Source: an uncultured Actinomycetota bacterium
GTDB taxonomy: Bacteria; Actinomycetota; Actinomycetes; Mycobacteriales; Geodermatophilaceae
Assembly: GCA_963723745.1 (NCBI GenBank)
Contig: CAVRRZ010000001.1
Location: forward strand, 1,334,183-1,374,182
Length of the DNA stretch: 40,000 bases
Direction of reading: 5' to 3'
The first letter of the stretch is position 1. Each line of letters begins with the position of its first letter. The position numbers and the translations under genes are program-made. Positions 8,158 through 19,661 of the stretch are shown piece after piece. Below the pieces are notes generated by a model. The model made no database searches and had not been told where the DNA came from. It saw nothing but the letters and a program-made list of their open reading frames with translations.

Positions 8158-8196
8158 GGCGACCTCGTCGAACCGACGAGGTCGCTTTTTCAGGGG

Positions 8197-9648
8197 GTGG
8201 GCACCATCGCGACGACGTCGCAGCGCCCGGGCACGACGCCCGGGCCGGTCATCATCACCGCGAAGACCGGCCGGTTCCGGCGGCGGATCGCGATGGGCGC
8301 GACCGTGGTCGTGCTGGCCGCCGCCGGTGGGGTCTACGCGCTCGTGGGTCCCGGCGGCGACGACGCCGCTCCCGGCGAGCGGACGGTCACCGTGGCCGAG
8401 GCGCAGCTGCCCGAGCTGGGCGCCCTCGAGCCGGTCCTCGCCTCCCTGTCGGCCGACGCACCGACCCCCGACCTCGCGATCCTCGAGGCCCGGCTCGGCC
8501 CGCTGCTGGCCGCCCCGGCACTGGGTAGCGGGCTGTCCGCCGAGGTCGTCGACGTCGCCAGCGGGCAGAGCCTCCTGGCCGTCGACGCGGCCGACCCCTC
8601 GACGCCGGCCTCGACCGTCAAGCTGCTCACCGCCACCGCCGCGCTCCTCACGCTCGACCCGGCGGCGACCTTCGAGACCACCGTGGTCGCCGGTGCCACC
8701 CCCGGCGAGGTCGTGCTGGTCGGCGGCGGGGACCCGACCCTGTCGCGCACCGCGCCGTCACAGACCTATCCCGGTGCGCCGACGGTCGCCGACCTGGCCG
8801 AGCAGGTCATGGCCGCCCAGCCGGCCGGCACGGAGATCACCCGTGTCGTCGTGGACAGCTCCCTCTACACCGGCGAGCTCACCGCCCCCGGCTGGGGCTC
8901 GGGTGACGCCCCGTCCAGCTACGCCGCGCCGGTCACGGCCACGGCCGTGGACGGCGCCCGGCTCAGCCCGGACGCCGAGGCGCGCAGCGGCCAGCCCGGC
9001 CTGGACGCCGGTGCCGCACTGGCCGATGCGCTCGGCGCTCCCGGTGCGACCGTGACCCTCGGTGAGGCGCCCGACGGCGCGCAGACCCTCGGCACGGTGG
9101 AGTCGGCGCCCGTCGTCCGCCTGGTCGAGCAGACCCTGTCGCTGTCGGACAACATGCTCGCCGAGGCACTGGCCCGCCAGGTGGCGCTCGCCCGGGGAGA
9201 GGCGCCGAGCTTCGAGGGCGCGGCCACCGCCGTCAGCGCGGCCCTCGCCGAGGCCGGCATCGACACCTCCGGCGTCGCGCTGGCCGACGGCAGCGGCCTC
9301 TCGCGGCAGAACCAGGTGCCCGCAGGAGTGCTCACCGCCCTGCTGCGGGGCGCCGCCGACGGCAGCATCGCCGGGGCGGCGGGCCTGCTGACCGGGCTGC
9401 CCGTCGCCGGGTACGACGGCACGCTCGCCGACCGCGGGGACGACGACCCCGCCACCGCCCCCGGATCGGTGCGGGCCAAGACCGGCACCCTGAACGGCGT
9501 GCACGCCCTCGCGGGCACCGTGGTCACCGACGACGGCCGGCTGCTCGCGTTCGCCGTGCTCGCCGACGGCGCGGTCGGGGGAGAGGCCGCGTCCGAGGCG
9601 GCCCTCGACGAGATCGCGGCCGAACTGGCCCGCTGCGGCTGCTCGTGA
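8197..9648 (+). CDS. dacB: D-alanyl-D-alanine carboxypeptidase/endopeptidase (PBP4, S13 family)
   Basis: SxxK (ASTVK), SxN (SLSDN) and KTG (AKTGTL) motifs in order, with an N-terminal membrane anchor. Start is GTG 8197 or ATG 8293. Confidence 0.85.
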   Translation: MGTIATTSQRPGTTPGPVIITAKTGRFRRRIAMGATVVVLAAAGGVYALVGPGGDDAAPGERTVTVAEAQLPELGALEPVLASLSADAPTPDLAILEARLGPLLAAPALGSGLSAEVVDVASGQSLLAVDAADPSTPASTVKLLTATAALLTLDPAATFETTVVAGATPGEVVLVGGGDPTLSRTAPSQTYPGAPTVADLAEQVMAAQPAGTEITRVVVDSSLYTGELTAPGWGSGDAPSSYAAPVTATAVDGARLSPDAEARSGQPGLDAGAALADALGAPGATVTLGEAPDGAQTLGTVESAPVVRLVEQTLSLSDNMLAEALARQVALARGEAPSFEGAATAVSAALAEAGIDTSGVALADGSGLSRQNQVPAGVLTALLRGAADGSIAGAAGLLTGLPVAGYDGTLADRGDDDPATAPGSVRAKTGTLNGVHALAGTVVTDDGRLLAFAVLADGAVGGEAASEAALDEIAAELARCGCS

Positions 9649-9651
9649 GTT

Positions 9652-9684
9652 GCTGGAGCGGCCCCCTGTAGGGGCCCGCCGCGA
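9652..9684 (+). repeat. repeated intergenic element, family 2, copy A
   Basis: gctggagcggccccctgtaggggcccgccgcga, 4 nt after the dacB stop. It matches the reverse complement of 29565-29598 at 30 of 34 aligned columns. The core ggcccc-ctgta-ggggcc can fold. Confidence 0.7.
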
Positions 9685-9731
9685 ACTCGTGAGCGGTGGG
9701 GGGCAGGGGGTCCTTCAAGTACGGTGAGGCG

Positions 9732-10814
9732 ATGACCAGCCCCTCCTCGATGGTCGACTGGGAGCTCGCGGGCCGCACTGCGCGCAGGCTCATGAGCCCC
9801 GGTCCGGAGACCACCCGCGACGAGGCGGCCGGCGTCGTCCGCGACCTGCACGAGGCGGCCGCGGCGGCCATCGGGCACGTCGAGCAGCTGACCGGGATGC
9901 GCCCGGCCCCCGGCGGGCCGCACCCCGAAGTGGCCGTGGTGGACCGCGGGGGCTGGGTCGACGCCAACACCCTCGGCATGGCCGCCCTGCTCGACCCGCT
10001 CGTCGAGAAGCTCCAGGCGCAGCAGGACAGCTGTCCCGGGCCGCTGGCCACCGCCATCGGCTCGCGGGCCACCGGCGCGCAGGCCGGCGCGGTGCTGTCC
10101 TACCTCGCCTCCCGCGTGCTCGGGCAGTACGAGGTCTTCGGCACCGGCGGCCGGCTGCTGCTCGTCGCACCCAACGTCGTCGCGACCGAGCGCAAGCTCG
10201 GCGTCGACCCGGCCGACTTCCGGCTGTGGGTCTGCCTGCACGAGATGACCCACCAGCTGCAGTTCACCGCCGTTCCGTGGCTGCGCGGGCACCTCGAGCA
10301 GCAGGTGTCGGAGTTCGTGGCCGTCACCGACCTCAGCCCCGACGTCCTCCGCGACCGGCTGCAGGACGTGCTGCGCGGCATGGTCGACGCGGTCCGCGGT
10401 GGGGAGGGCGAGTCCGAGGGGCTGATGGCGCTCGTGCAGGACCCGCGCCAGCGCGAGGTCCTCGACCGGGTCACCGCGGTGATGAGCCTCGTGGAGGGCC
10501 ACGCCGAGTTCGTCATGGACGGCGTCGGCCCGGACGTCGTCCCGTCCGTGCGGACCCTGCGCCAGCGGTTCGCGCAGCGGCGCAAGGGCAGCGGGCCCTT
10601 CGACCGCGTCGTCCGCCGGCTGCTGGGCCTCGAGCAGAAGATGAAGCAGTACGCCGACGGCCGGCACTTCGTCGGCGGCGTCGTCGACCTCGTCGGCATG
10701 GACGGGTTCAACCGCGTCTGGTCGGGCCCGGAGACCCTCCCGCGCATCGAGGAGCTCACCGAGCCCGCCCGGTGGGTCGAGCGCGTCCACGGCCGTCCGG
10801 CCATCCCCGCCTGA
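9732..10814 (+). CDS. zinc-dependent metalloprotease-like protein (HExxH; resembles the actinobacterial DUF2342-type family, from memory)
   Basis: HEMTH motif inside [11 protein letters not shown]. Start taken at ATG 9732, preceded by ggtgagg. Its position between dacB and tilS is as in mycobacteria. Confidence 0.7.
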   Translation: MTSPSSMVDWELAGRTARRLMSPGPETTRDEAAGVVRDLHEAAAAAIGHVEQLTGMRPAPGGPHPEVAVVDRGGWVDANTLGMAALLDPLVEKLQAQQDSCPGPLATAIGSRATGAQAGAVLSYLASRVLGQYEVFGTGGRLLLVAPNVVATERKLGVDPADFRLWVCLHEMTHQLQFTAVPWLRGHLEQQVSEFVAVTDLSPDVLRDRLQDVLRGMVDAVRGGEGESEGLMALVQDPRQREVLDRVTAVMSLVEGHAEFVMDGVGPDVVPSVRTLRQRFAQRRKGSGPFDRVVRRLLGLEQKMKQYADGRHFVGGVVDLVGMDGFNRVWSGPETLPRIEELTEPARWVERVHGRPAIPA

Positions 10815-10834
10815 GGGCGGGGTCCTCCCCGCCC

Positions 10835-11869
10835 ATGATCGGCCCGCACCCCGCGGTCGCCCGGTTGCGCTCCGCCGTCCGGCCGGGCCTGGTCGGCCTG
10901 GACCGGCCGGTGCTCGTCGCGTGCAGCGGCGGGGCCGACTCTCTCGCGCTGGCGGCCGCCGTCGCCTTCGAGGCGCCCCGGGCGGGCGTGCGCGCAGGGG
11001 CGGTGACCGTCGACCACGGGCTGCAGTCCGGGTCCGCCGACCGCGCCGCGGCCACCGCCGAACTGCTGCGCGGCCTCGGGCTCGCGCCGGTCGACGTGCT
11101 GCGGGTCGAGGTGGGCGAGGGCGGCGGACCCGAGGCGGCTGCGCGCTCGGCCCGGTTCGCGGCCATGGCCGCGCTCGCGGCGCGCCACGGCGCCTGGGTG
11201 GCACTCGGGCACACCCTCGACGACCAGGCCGAGACCGTGCTGCTGGGTCTGGGCCGCGGATCCGGCCCACGGTCCGTGGCCGGCATGGTCGAGTGGCGTG
11301 AGCCGTGGTGGCGGCCGCTCCTCGCCGTCCGCCGGGAGACCGCGCGGGCGGCCTGCGCCGCCCAGGAGCTGCCCGTGTGGGACGACCCCTGGAACACCGA
11401 CCCGGCCTACACCCGCGTCCGGCTGCGCACCGAGGTGCTGCCGCTGCTCGAGGACGTCCTCGGCGGCGGGGTCGCCCCCGCGCTGGCGCGGACGGCGGGG
11501 ATGCTCCGCGAGGACCTCGACGCCCTGGACGCCATCGCGGCGGCCGAGCTGGTCGCCCTGCAGACGACGGACGACGGCACCGACGGCGGCCTGCCCGTCG
11601 CCCGGCTGCCCCAGCTGCCGCCCGCCGTCCGCCGGCGCGTGCTCCGCGGCTGGCTGCTCGCCGCCGGCGTCCCGGACCTGCAGGCCGTCCACCTCGAAGC
11701 CGTCGACGCCTTGCTCGCCCGCTGGCGGGGGCAGGGCCCGGTGGACCTACCCGGCGGAGTGGCCGTCCTCCGGGCGTCTGGCAGGCTGGTGCTCAGGCCC
11801 GTCGACGACCCCGGCGGGACCGCTCCGCAACCCCCGCCTCCCGATCGAGGAGTCACCTGTCGTGAGTGA
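10835..11869 (+). CDS. tilS: tRNA(Ile)-lysidine synthase
   Basis: PP-loop SGGADS within [14 protein letters not shown], plus [15 protein letters not shown] at 10835. Confidence 0.85.
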   Translation: MIGPHPAVARLRSAVRPGLVGLDRPVLVACSGGADSLALAAAVAFEAPRAGVRAGAVTVDHGLQSGSADRAAATAELLRGLGLAPVDVLRVEVGEGGGPEAAARSARFAAMAALAARHGAWVALGHTLDDQAETVLLGLGRGSGPRSVAGMVEWREPWWRPLLAVRRETARAACAAQELPVWDDPWNTDPAYTRVRLRTEVLPLLEDVLGGGVAPALARTAGMLREDLDALDAIAAAELVALQTTDDGTDGGLPVARLPQLPPAVRRRVLRGWLLAAGVPDLQAVHLEAVDALLARWRGQGPVDLPGGVAVLRASGRLVLRPVDDPGGTAPQPPPPDRGVTCRE

Positions 11870-12470
11870 GACCGTCACGGTCACCGGACAGAACGCGCCC
11901 ACGCCCGGCGCGCTCGGCCCCGACCACGGGTACGGCCCGGACATCGACCACGTCCTCCTCACCGAGGAGCAGATCCGCGAGAAGATCGGCGAGCTGGCCG
12001 CCAGGGTCGCCGCCGACTACGCGGGCCGGGAGATCCTGCTGGTCGGCGTGCTCAAGGGCGCCGTGCTGTTCATGAGCGATTTCGCCCGGGCGCTGCAGAT
12101 CCCCAGCCAGATGGAGTTCATGGCCGTCTCGTCGTACGGCTCGGCCACGAGCTCGTCGGGCATCGTGCGCATCCTCAAGGACCTCGACCGCGACATCACC
12201 GGCAAGCACGTGCTGTTGCTCGAGGACATCATCGACTCCGGGCTGACCCTGTCCTGGCTGCTCAAGAACCTGGGCGGCCGCGAGCCGGCCTCCCTCGAGG
12301 TGTGCACGCTGCTGCGCAAGCCCGATGCGGTCAAGGTCGAGGTGCCCGTCCGCTACATCGGCTTCGACATCCCCAACGAGTTCGTCGTCGGCTACGGCCT
12401 GGACTACGCCGAGCGCTACCGCGACCTGCCCTACATCGGGACCCTGCGCCCGGAGGTCTACTCCTCCTGA
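11862..12470 (+). CDS. hpt: hypoxanthine-guanine phosphoribosyltransferase
   Basis: The GTG at 11862 overlaps the tilS end by 8 nt, with gaggag 9 nt upstream. PRPP motif [13 protein letters not shown], plus [14 protein letters not shown]. Confidence 0.9.
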   Translation: MSETVTVTGQNAPTPGALGPDHGYGPDIDHVLLTEEQIREKIGELAARVAADYAGREILLVGVLKGAVLFMSDFARALQIPSQMEFMAVSSYGSATSSSGIVRILKDLDRDITGKHVLLLEDIIDSGLTLSWLLKNLGGREPASLEVCTLLRKPDAVKVEVPVRYIGFDIPNEFVVGYGLDYAERYRDLPYIGTLRPEVYSS

Positions 12471-12735
12471 CGTTCCCGAGTCGATCCTCGTTATGGTCGC
12501 GGCCGACGGCGTGTCGGCAGCCGATCGACGGTGATCAACTCGGGCTGAGCGCGCCGTCATCACGTGGGGGCACTCCCGTGCCGTATGCAGGAGTTCCACA
12601 GGCTCCCCGGTGTACCGTCGAATCCGACGACGCTGCGCCAGGCGCCGGGGTGCCGCCCGGGTCGCAGGGGGCGTCCCCGGACGATCAGGAGGGTTGACGG
12701 GCCGGACGGCACGCCCGTCCGCCCGGCATCGGTGT

Positions 12736-14726
<1,991 letters not shown>

Positions 14727-14730
<4 letters not shown>

Positions 14731-15341
14731 CAGAGGTGCCGGCCGATCCCGACGACCAGCTCCTGGCGGCCACCGGGATCGACCAGGATCGGGCCGCCCG
14801 GGCGGTGCGCGAGCTGCTGCTCGCCGTGGGGGAGGACCCCGACCGGCCGGGCCTCCGGGACACCCCGGCCCGGGTCGCCCGTGCCTACGCCGAGACCTTC
14901 GCCGGCCTGGGGCAGGACCCGTACGACGTGCTCGCCACGACGTTCGACGAGGACCACGACGAGCTCGTGCTGGTCAAGGACATCCCGATGTACTCGACCT
15001 GCGAGCACCATCTCGTGCCTTTCCACGGCGTCGCGCACGTCGGGTACATCCCGGGGGACGACGGCCGGGTCACCGGGCTGTCCAAGCTGGCGCGCCTGGT
15101 CGAGGTCTACGCCCGTCGTCCGCAGGTCCAGGAGCGCATGACCAGCCAGATCGCCGACGCGCTGGCCGAGGTGCTCAAGCCGCGTGGCGTCATCGTGGTC
15201 ATCGAGGCCGAGCACCTGTGCATGGCCATGCGAGGCGTCCGCAAGCCCGGCGCGAGCACGGTGACCTCCGCCGTCCGGGGACTGTTCCGCGACAGCCAGG
15301 CCAGCAGGAGCGAGGCCATGAGCCTCATCCTGGGCCGGTGA
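14727..15341 (+). CDS. folE: GTP cyclohydrolase I
   Basis: ATGA overlap with the ftsH stop. Motifs [12 protein letters not shown] and VIEAEHLCM. Confidence 0.95.
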
Positions 15342-15381
15342 GGCGACATCGAGTGAGCGTCGCAGCGGGGTCTGCGAGCGA

Positions 15382-15413
15382 GGAGCGGAGCGAGCGCGGA
15401 GCGGAGCGAGCGC
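15382..15413. repeat. perfect 16-bp tandem duplication (ggagcggagcgagcgc x2, then partial ggagc)
   Basis: Read directly in the folE-folP spacer. The unit length is not a multiple of 3. Confidence 0.9.
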
Positions 15414-15433
15414 GGAGCCGGACGGGGGGCCCG

Positions 15434-16279
15434 GTGACCCTCCCGCGCCCCGGCCACTGCGTGGTCATGGGGGTCCTCAACGTCACGCCCGACTCCTTCT
15501 CCGACGGTGGCTGCTTCGCCGATCCGGCGGAGGCCGTCGCGCACGGCCTGGCGATGCACGCGGCCGGGGCCGACTACGTCGACGTCGGCGGCGAGTCCAC
15601 CCGCCCCGGCGCCGATCGGGTGGACGCCGACGAGGAGTGCCGGCGGGTGCTCCCGGTCATCCGCGACCTGGCCGCCGCCGGGGTGCGGCTCAGCGTCGAC
15701 ACCACCCGCGCCGAGGTGGCCGAGGCCGCACTGGACGCCGGGGCGCAGATGGTGAACGACGTCAGCGGCGGACTGGCCGACAAGAACATGGCCGAACTCG
15801 TCGCCGACGCCGGCGTCCCGTGGGTGCTCATGCACTGGCGCGGCCACAGCCGCGAGATGTACGCGGCGGCGCGCTACGGCGACGTGGTCACCGAGGTGCG
15901 CGCCGAGCTCACCGCCCGCGTCGAGGACGTCGTCGCCGCCGGGGTGGACCCGGCGCAGCTCGTGCTCGACCCCGGCCTCGGCTTCGCGAAGAACGCCGAG
16001 CACAACTGGGCGCTGCTGGCCGGGCTGGACCGGATCGTCGACCTCGGGCTCCCGGTGCTGGTCGGCGCGTCCCGCAAGACCTTCCTCGGCCGGCTGCTGG
16101 CCGGCCCGGACGGCGCGCCGCGACCGGCCGAGCAGCGCGACGCCGCCACCCTGGCCACGACGGTGCTGGCTGCGGAGGCCGGCGCGTGGGGGGTCCGGGT
16201 GCACGAGGCCGCGGCCTCGGTCGACGCCGTCCGCACCGTCGAGGCCGTCCGCGCCGCGAGGAGGAGAGGTCATGCCTGA
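15434..16279 (+). CDS. folP: dihydropteroate synthase
   Basis: VMGVLNVTPDSFSDGG, DVGGESTRPG, MVNDVSGG. Start chosen at GTG 15434, giving N-terminal spacing like Mtb FolP1. An upstream in-frame GTG 15353 is the alternative. Confidence 0.9.
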   Translation: MTLPRPGHCVVMGVLNVTPDSFSDGGCFADPAEAVAHGLAMHAAGADYVDVGGESTRPGADRVDADEECRRVLPVIRDLAAAGVRLSVDTTRAEVAEAALDAGAQMVNDVSGGLADKNMAELVADAGVPWVLMHWRGHSREMYAAARYGDVVTEVRAELTARVEDVVAAGVDPAQLVLDPGLGFAKNAEHNWALLAGLDRIVDLGLPVLVGASRKTFLGRLLAGPDGAPRPAEQRDAATLATTVLAAEAGAWGVRVHEAAASVDAVRTVEAVRAARRRGHA

Positions 16280-16661
16280 CCCGACGCCCGGCGGGCCCAC
16301 GCCCGACCGCGTCGCCGTCCGTGGCCTGCGCGCCTACGGCCACCACGGCGTGTACGCCTTCGAGCGCCGGCAGGGGCAGACGTTCAGCTGCGACGCCGTG
16401 CTGGAGCTGGACACCGCGCCGGCCGCCGAGACCGACGACCTCGAGCGCACCGTCAACTACGCCGAGCTGGCGCAGCGTCTCTACGCCACCCTCTCCGGCG
16501 AGCCGGTCGACCTGCTGGAGACCCTCGCCCAGCGGCTGGCCGACGTCTGCCTGTCCTACCCGCGGGTCGACGCCGTGGAGATCACCGTGCACAAGCCCGA
16601 GGCCGATCTCGGGGTCCCGTTCAGCGACGTCACCGTGACCATTCGCCGGGCCCGCGCATGA
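16272..16661 (+). CDS. folB: dihydroneopterin aldolase
   Basis: 129 aa, overlapping the folP end by 8 nt. FolB-like sequence GHHGVYAFERRQGQTF.. VNYAEL.. VHKP. Confidence 0.85.
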   Translation: MPDPTPGGPTPDRVAVRGLRAYGHHGVYAFERRQGQTFSCDAVLELDTAPAAETDDLERTVNYAELAQRLYATLSGEPVDLLETLAQRLADVCLSYPRVDAVEITVHKPEADLGVPFSDVTVTIRRARA

Positions 16662-17164
16662 CCCGTGCGGTGCTCTCGCTGGGTGCCAACCTGGGCGATC
16701 GCGCCGGCACGCTGCGGACGGCGCTGGCCGCGCTGGCCGCCGAGGGTGCGCTGGTGGCCCGCTCGACGCTGTACGAGACGCCGCCGTGGGGACCGGTGGA
16801 GCAGCCGTCGTACCTGAACGCGGTCGCGATCGTCCGCGGCCCCCGCGACGCGGCGGGCTGGCTGGCCCGCGCCCACGAGCTGGAGGAGGCGGCCGGGCGG
16901 ACCCGGGAGGTGCGCTGGGGGGCGCGGACCCTGGACGTCGACGTCGTCACGGTCACCGCGGACGACGGGACGCCGGTGCGCTCCGACGACCCGGACCTGA
17001 CGTTGCCGCACCCGCGGGCGCACGAGCGCGCGTTCGTGCTCGTCCCGTGGGCGACCCTCGACCCGGCGGCGGAGGTGCCCGGCAGGGGCCGGGTGGCCGA
17101 CCTGCTCGCCGCGCTGCCGCCCGACGACGTCGCCTCGGTCGTGCGCTGGGAGCACCTCCGGTGA
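16658..17164 (+). CDS. folK: 2-amino-4-hydroxy-6-hydroxymethyldihydropteridine pyrophosphokinase
   Basis: ATGA overlap with folB. Motifs LSLGANLGD, RWGARTLDVDV, LPHPRAHERAFVLVP. Confidence 0.9.
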   Translation: MTRAVLSLGANLGDRAGTLRTALAALAAEGALVARSTLYETPPWGPVEQPSYLNAVAIVRGPRDAAGWLARAHELEEAAGRTREVRWGARTLDVDVVTVTADDGTPVRSDDPDLTLPHPRAHERAFVLVPWATLDPAAEVPGRGRVADLLAALPPDDVASVVRWEHLR

Positions 17165-17688
17165 GCCCGGTGAAGCGCCGCGACCTCGCCGTCCTCGCCC
17201 TCGGCCTCGCCCTGGCGGCGTGGCTGCTCGTGCGTTCCCTCTACGGCGACTTGCCCCGGTTGCAGTGGTGGCTGCCGACACCGCTGGCCGTGCTGGCGCT
17301 GGCCGAGGTCATGGCCGCGGCGATCGTCCGCGACCGCCTGCGGTCGCTGCGTGCCGCGCGCGCCGCCGGCCGGGGCCGCCCCCGAGAGGGCAGGCAGCCG
17401 ACCGGACCGGTGCGCCCGCTGGAGCCCATGCTCGTCGCGCGACTCGCGGTGCTCGCCCAGGCCAGCGCCTACGTGGGTGCGGTCCTCCTGGGCGTCTGGG
17501 CGGGGGTGCTCGCCTACGTCGGACCGGCGACCGGGCGGCTGCAGGCGGCCGGCGGCGACACGGTCACCGCGGTGATCGGCATCGCCAGCGCTGCGGCGCT
17601 GGTGGGTGCCGCGCTGTGGCTGGAGTCGGTCTGCCGGATCCCGCCCGGCCCGGACGAGGAGGAAGGCCCGTTGGCCCCCTCCGCCTGA
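17161..17688 (+). CDS. DUF3180-like small membrane protein (position of Rv3605c)
   Basis: The GTG at 17161 overlaps the folK TGA. There are four hydrophobic segments. The gene follows folK, as in mycobacteria. Confidence 0.6.
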   Translation: MSPVKRRDLAVLALGLALAAWLLVRSLYGDLPRLQWWLPTPLAVLALAEVMAAAIVRDRLRSLRAARAAGRGRPREGRQPTGPVRPLEPMLVARLAVLAQASAYVGAVLLGVWAGVLAYVGPATGRLQAAGGDTVTAVIGIASAAALVGAALWLESVCRIPPGPDEEEGPLAPSA

Positions 17689-17742
17689 CGCAACTCGGGG
17701 TCGGTCAACTCGGGGGTCAGGTCAACCCGCGGTCGGGGTCGG

Positions 17743-18939
17743 TCAGGTCAGGGCGGCGCCGGCGGTCTCGGGCGCGGTGCCCTCGACGGAGCGGCGCAGC
17801 GCGGCGTGCAGCGACTCGGGGGTGAGCACGCCCAGGAACCGGTCTCCGTCGAGCACCGCGACCCAGCCGGCGTCCAGTTGCAGCATCGTCGAGAACGCCG
17901 TCTTCAGCGACGCGTCCACCGGCACCCAGGCCTCCATCCGCCGGGCCGCCGAGCCGACGGTCCCCGGCCCGGTCGCCCGCTCCGCCGACAGCCAGCCGTG
18001 CAGGGCGCCGACGTCGTCGACCACCACGGCCCAGCGGGCGCCGGCTCGTTCGAGCGCGGCCCGCGCCTCGCTGAGCCGGGCGTCGACGTTCACGACGGGG
18101 GGCTGCTCCAGGTCGGCCACGTCGATGCCGGTGACCGCCAGCCGCTTCAGGCCGCGGTCCGCGCCGACGAAGTCGGCCACGAAAGGGGTGGCCGGCGCGC
18201 CGAGGATCTCCCCGGGCGCGGCGAACTGCTCCACGTGGCCGCCCTCGCTCATGACCGCGATCCGGTCGCCGAGGCGCACCGCCTCCTCGATGTCGTGGGT
18301 GACGAACACGATCGTCTTGCGCACCTGCTCCTGCAGCCGCAGGAACTCCGACTGCAGCCGCTCGCGCACCACCGGGTCGACCGCCGAGAACGGCTCGTCC
18401 ATCAGCAGGACGCCGGGGTCGGCGGCCAGTGCGCGCGCGACGCCGGCCCGCTGTCGCTGACCACCGGACAGCTGGGCCGGGTAGCGGTCCCCGTGGACGG
18501 CGGGGTCGAGGCCGACGGTCGTCAGCAGCTCGTCCACCCGGTCGCGGATCCGTTTCCGGTCCCACCCGAGCAGGCGGGGCACCGTGCCGACGTTGGTGCG
18601 CACGTCCTGGTGGGGGAACAGCCCCACGCTCTGGATGACGTAGCCGATGCGGCGGCGCAGCTTGTCCGGGTCGACCCTCGTGACGTCGTCGCCGCCGAGC
18701 AGGATGCGCCCGGTGCTCGGCTCGATCAGCCGGTTGATCATCTTCATGGTCGTCGTCTTGCCGCAGCCCGACGGGCCGACCAGGACGCTGAGCTCGCCCG
18801 CGGCGAAAGCGAGGTCCAGCTCGGCGACACCCAGGGTGCCGTCGGGGAAGACCTTGCTGACCCCCTCGAGCCGGATCTCCTCGGCCCCGGAACCCGGCCC
18901 GGGACGCTGCACCGACGGCGGCTGGTCGCTAGCGTCCAC
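17743..18939 (-). CDS. ABC transporter ATP-binding protein with C-terminal tandem CBS domains (glycine betaine/choline OpuCA/ProV type)
   Basis: Walker A GPSGCGKTT, signature LSGGQRQRAGVARAL, Walker B LLMDEPFSAVD, then a CBS-like tail of about 120 aa. Start is GTG 18939 or the in-frame GTG 18912. Confidence 0.85.
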   Translation of the reverse strand: MDASDQPPSVQRPGPGSGAEEIRLEGVSKVFPDGTLGVAELDLAFAAGELSVLVGPSGCGKTTTMKMINRLIEPSTGRILLGGDDVTRVDPDKLRRRIGYVIQSVGLFPHQDVRTNVGTVPRLLGWDRKRIRDRVDELLTTVGLDPAVHGDRYPAQLSGGQRQRAGVARALAADPGVLLMDEPFSAVDPVVRERLQSEFLRLQEQVRKTIVFVTHDIEEAVRLGDRIAVMSEGGHVEQFAAPGEILGAPATPFVADFVGADRGLKRLAVTGIDVADLEQPPVVNVDARLSEARAALERAGARWAVVVDDVGALHGWLSAERATGPGTVGSAARRMEAWVPVDASLKTAFSTMLQLDAGWVAVLDGDRFLGVLTPESLHAALRRSVEGTAPETAGAALT

Positions 18940-18956
18940 GGTATGGCCCTCCTGGG

Positions 18957-19661
18957 ATGCGCCCGGTGCTGAGCGCGGCGAGCGAGGTGCTCGCGGCCGA
19001 AGCGGCGCCGAACCCGTGGTTCGACGTGAACTACGTGACCCGCAACTGGGACACCATTCTGGGCTACCTGGGCCAGCACGTCAGGCTCACCGTCGGCGCG
19101 GTCGTGCTGGGCGCGCTGCTCGCCCTGCCCCTGGCCCTCCTGGCGCGGCGCAGCCGGTTCCTGTCCGGCTCCGTGCTCGGGCTGTCCACGGTGATCTACA
19201 CGATCCCGTCCCTGGCGATGTTCGCCTTCCTCGCCCCGTTCACCGGTCCGCTGTCGGCGACCACCGTGCTCGTCGGGCTGGTCCTGTACTCGCTGGTCAT
19301 CCTCGTGCGCAACTTCCTCGCCGGGCTGCAGGCGGTGCCCGCCGACGTCCGCGAGGCCGCCCGCGGCATGGGCTACGGCTCGGGCCGGCTGTTCCTGCGG
19401 GTCGACCTGCCCCTCGCCCTGCCGTCCTTCATGGCCGGGCTGCGGATCGCCACCGTCTCCACGGTCGCCCTGGTCACGGTCGGCGTCATCACCGGCAACG
19501 GCGGGCTGGGCCAGCTGATCGTCGGTGGCTTCAACTCCAACTTCTACCGCGCGGAGATCGTCACCGGAGCCGTCGGCTGCGTCCTGCTCGCGCTGCTCGC
19601 CGACGTGCTGCTCGCGGGCGCCGAACGACTGCTCACGCCCTGGACGCGGGTGCGCACGTGA
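18957..19661 (+). CDS. ABC transporter permease (OpuCB/OpuCD type)
   Basis: Polytopic protein with an EAA-like loop AVPADVREAARGMGYGSGRLFLRVDLPLALP. Later in-frame GTG starts (18966, 18987, 19026) are possible. Confidence 0.8.
   Translation: MRPVLSAASEVLAAEAAPNPWFDVNYVTRNWDTILGYLGQHVRLTVGAVVLGALLALPLALLARRSRFLSGSVLGLSTVIYTIPSLAMFAFLAPFTGPLSATTVLVGLVLYSLVILVRNFLAGLQAVPADVREAARGMGYGSGRLFLRVDLPLALPSFMAGLRIATVSTVALVTVGVITGNGGLGQLIVGGFNSNFYRAEIVTGAVGCVLLALLADVLLAGAERLLTPWTRVRT

Noticed and set aside
8919-11270. 783-aa minus-strand ORF spanning dacB, the metalloprotease gene and tilS in antisense. Similar long antisense ORFs occur at 12685..14676, 15107..16300, 26036..28618 and 29837..31378.
   Set aside because: Each lies opposite a well-supported conserved gene and crosses gene boundaries. 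All translate to Arg/Pro/Gly/Ala-rich sequence with no recognisable domains, so they are stop-codon-poor antisense frames rather than genes.
12471-12735. The 265-bp hpt-ftsH spacer with a TTGACG hexamer (about 12694) and a gggc-ggacgg/ccgtcc-gccc hairpin just upstream of the ftsH ATG. A similar TTGACG lies at about 29162 before lsr2.
   Set aside because: Isolated -35-like hexamers have no convincing -10 element at proper spacing. I cannot support promoter or riboswitch calls from sequence alone.
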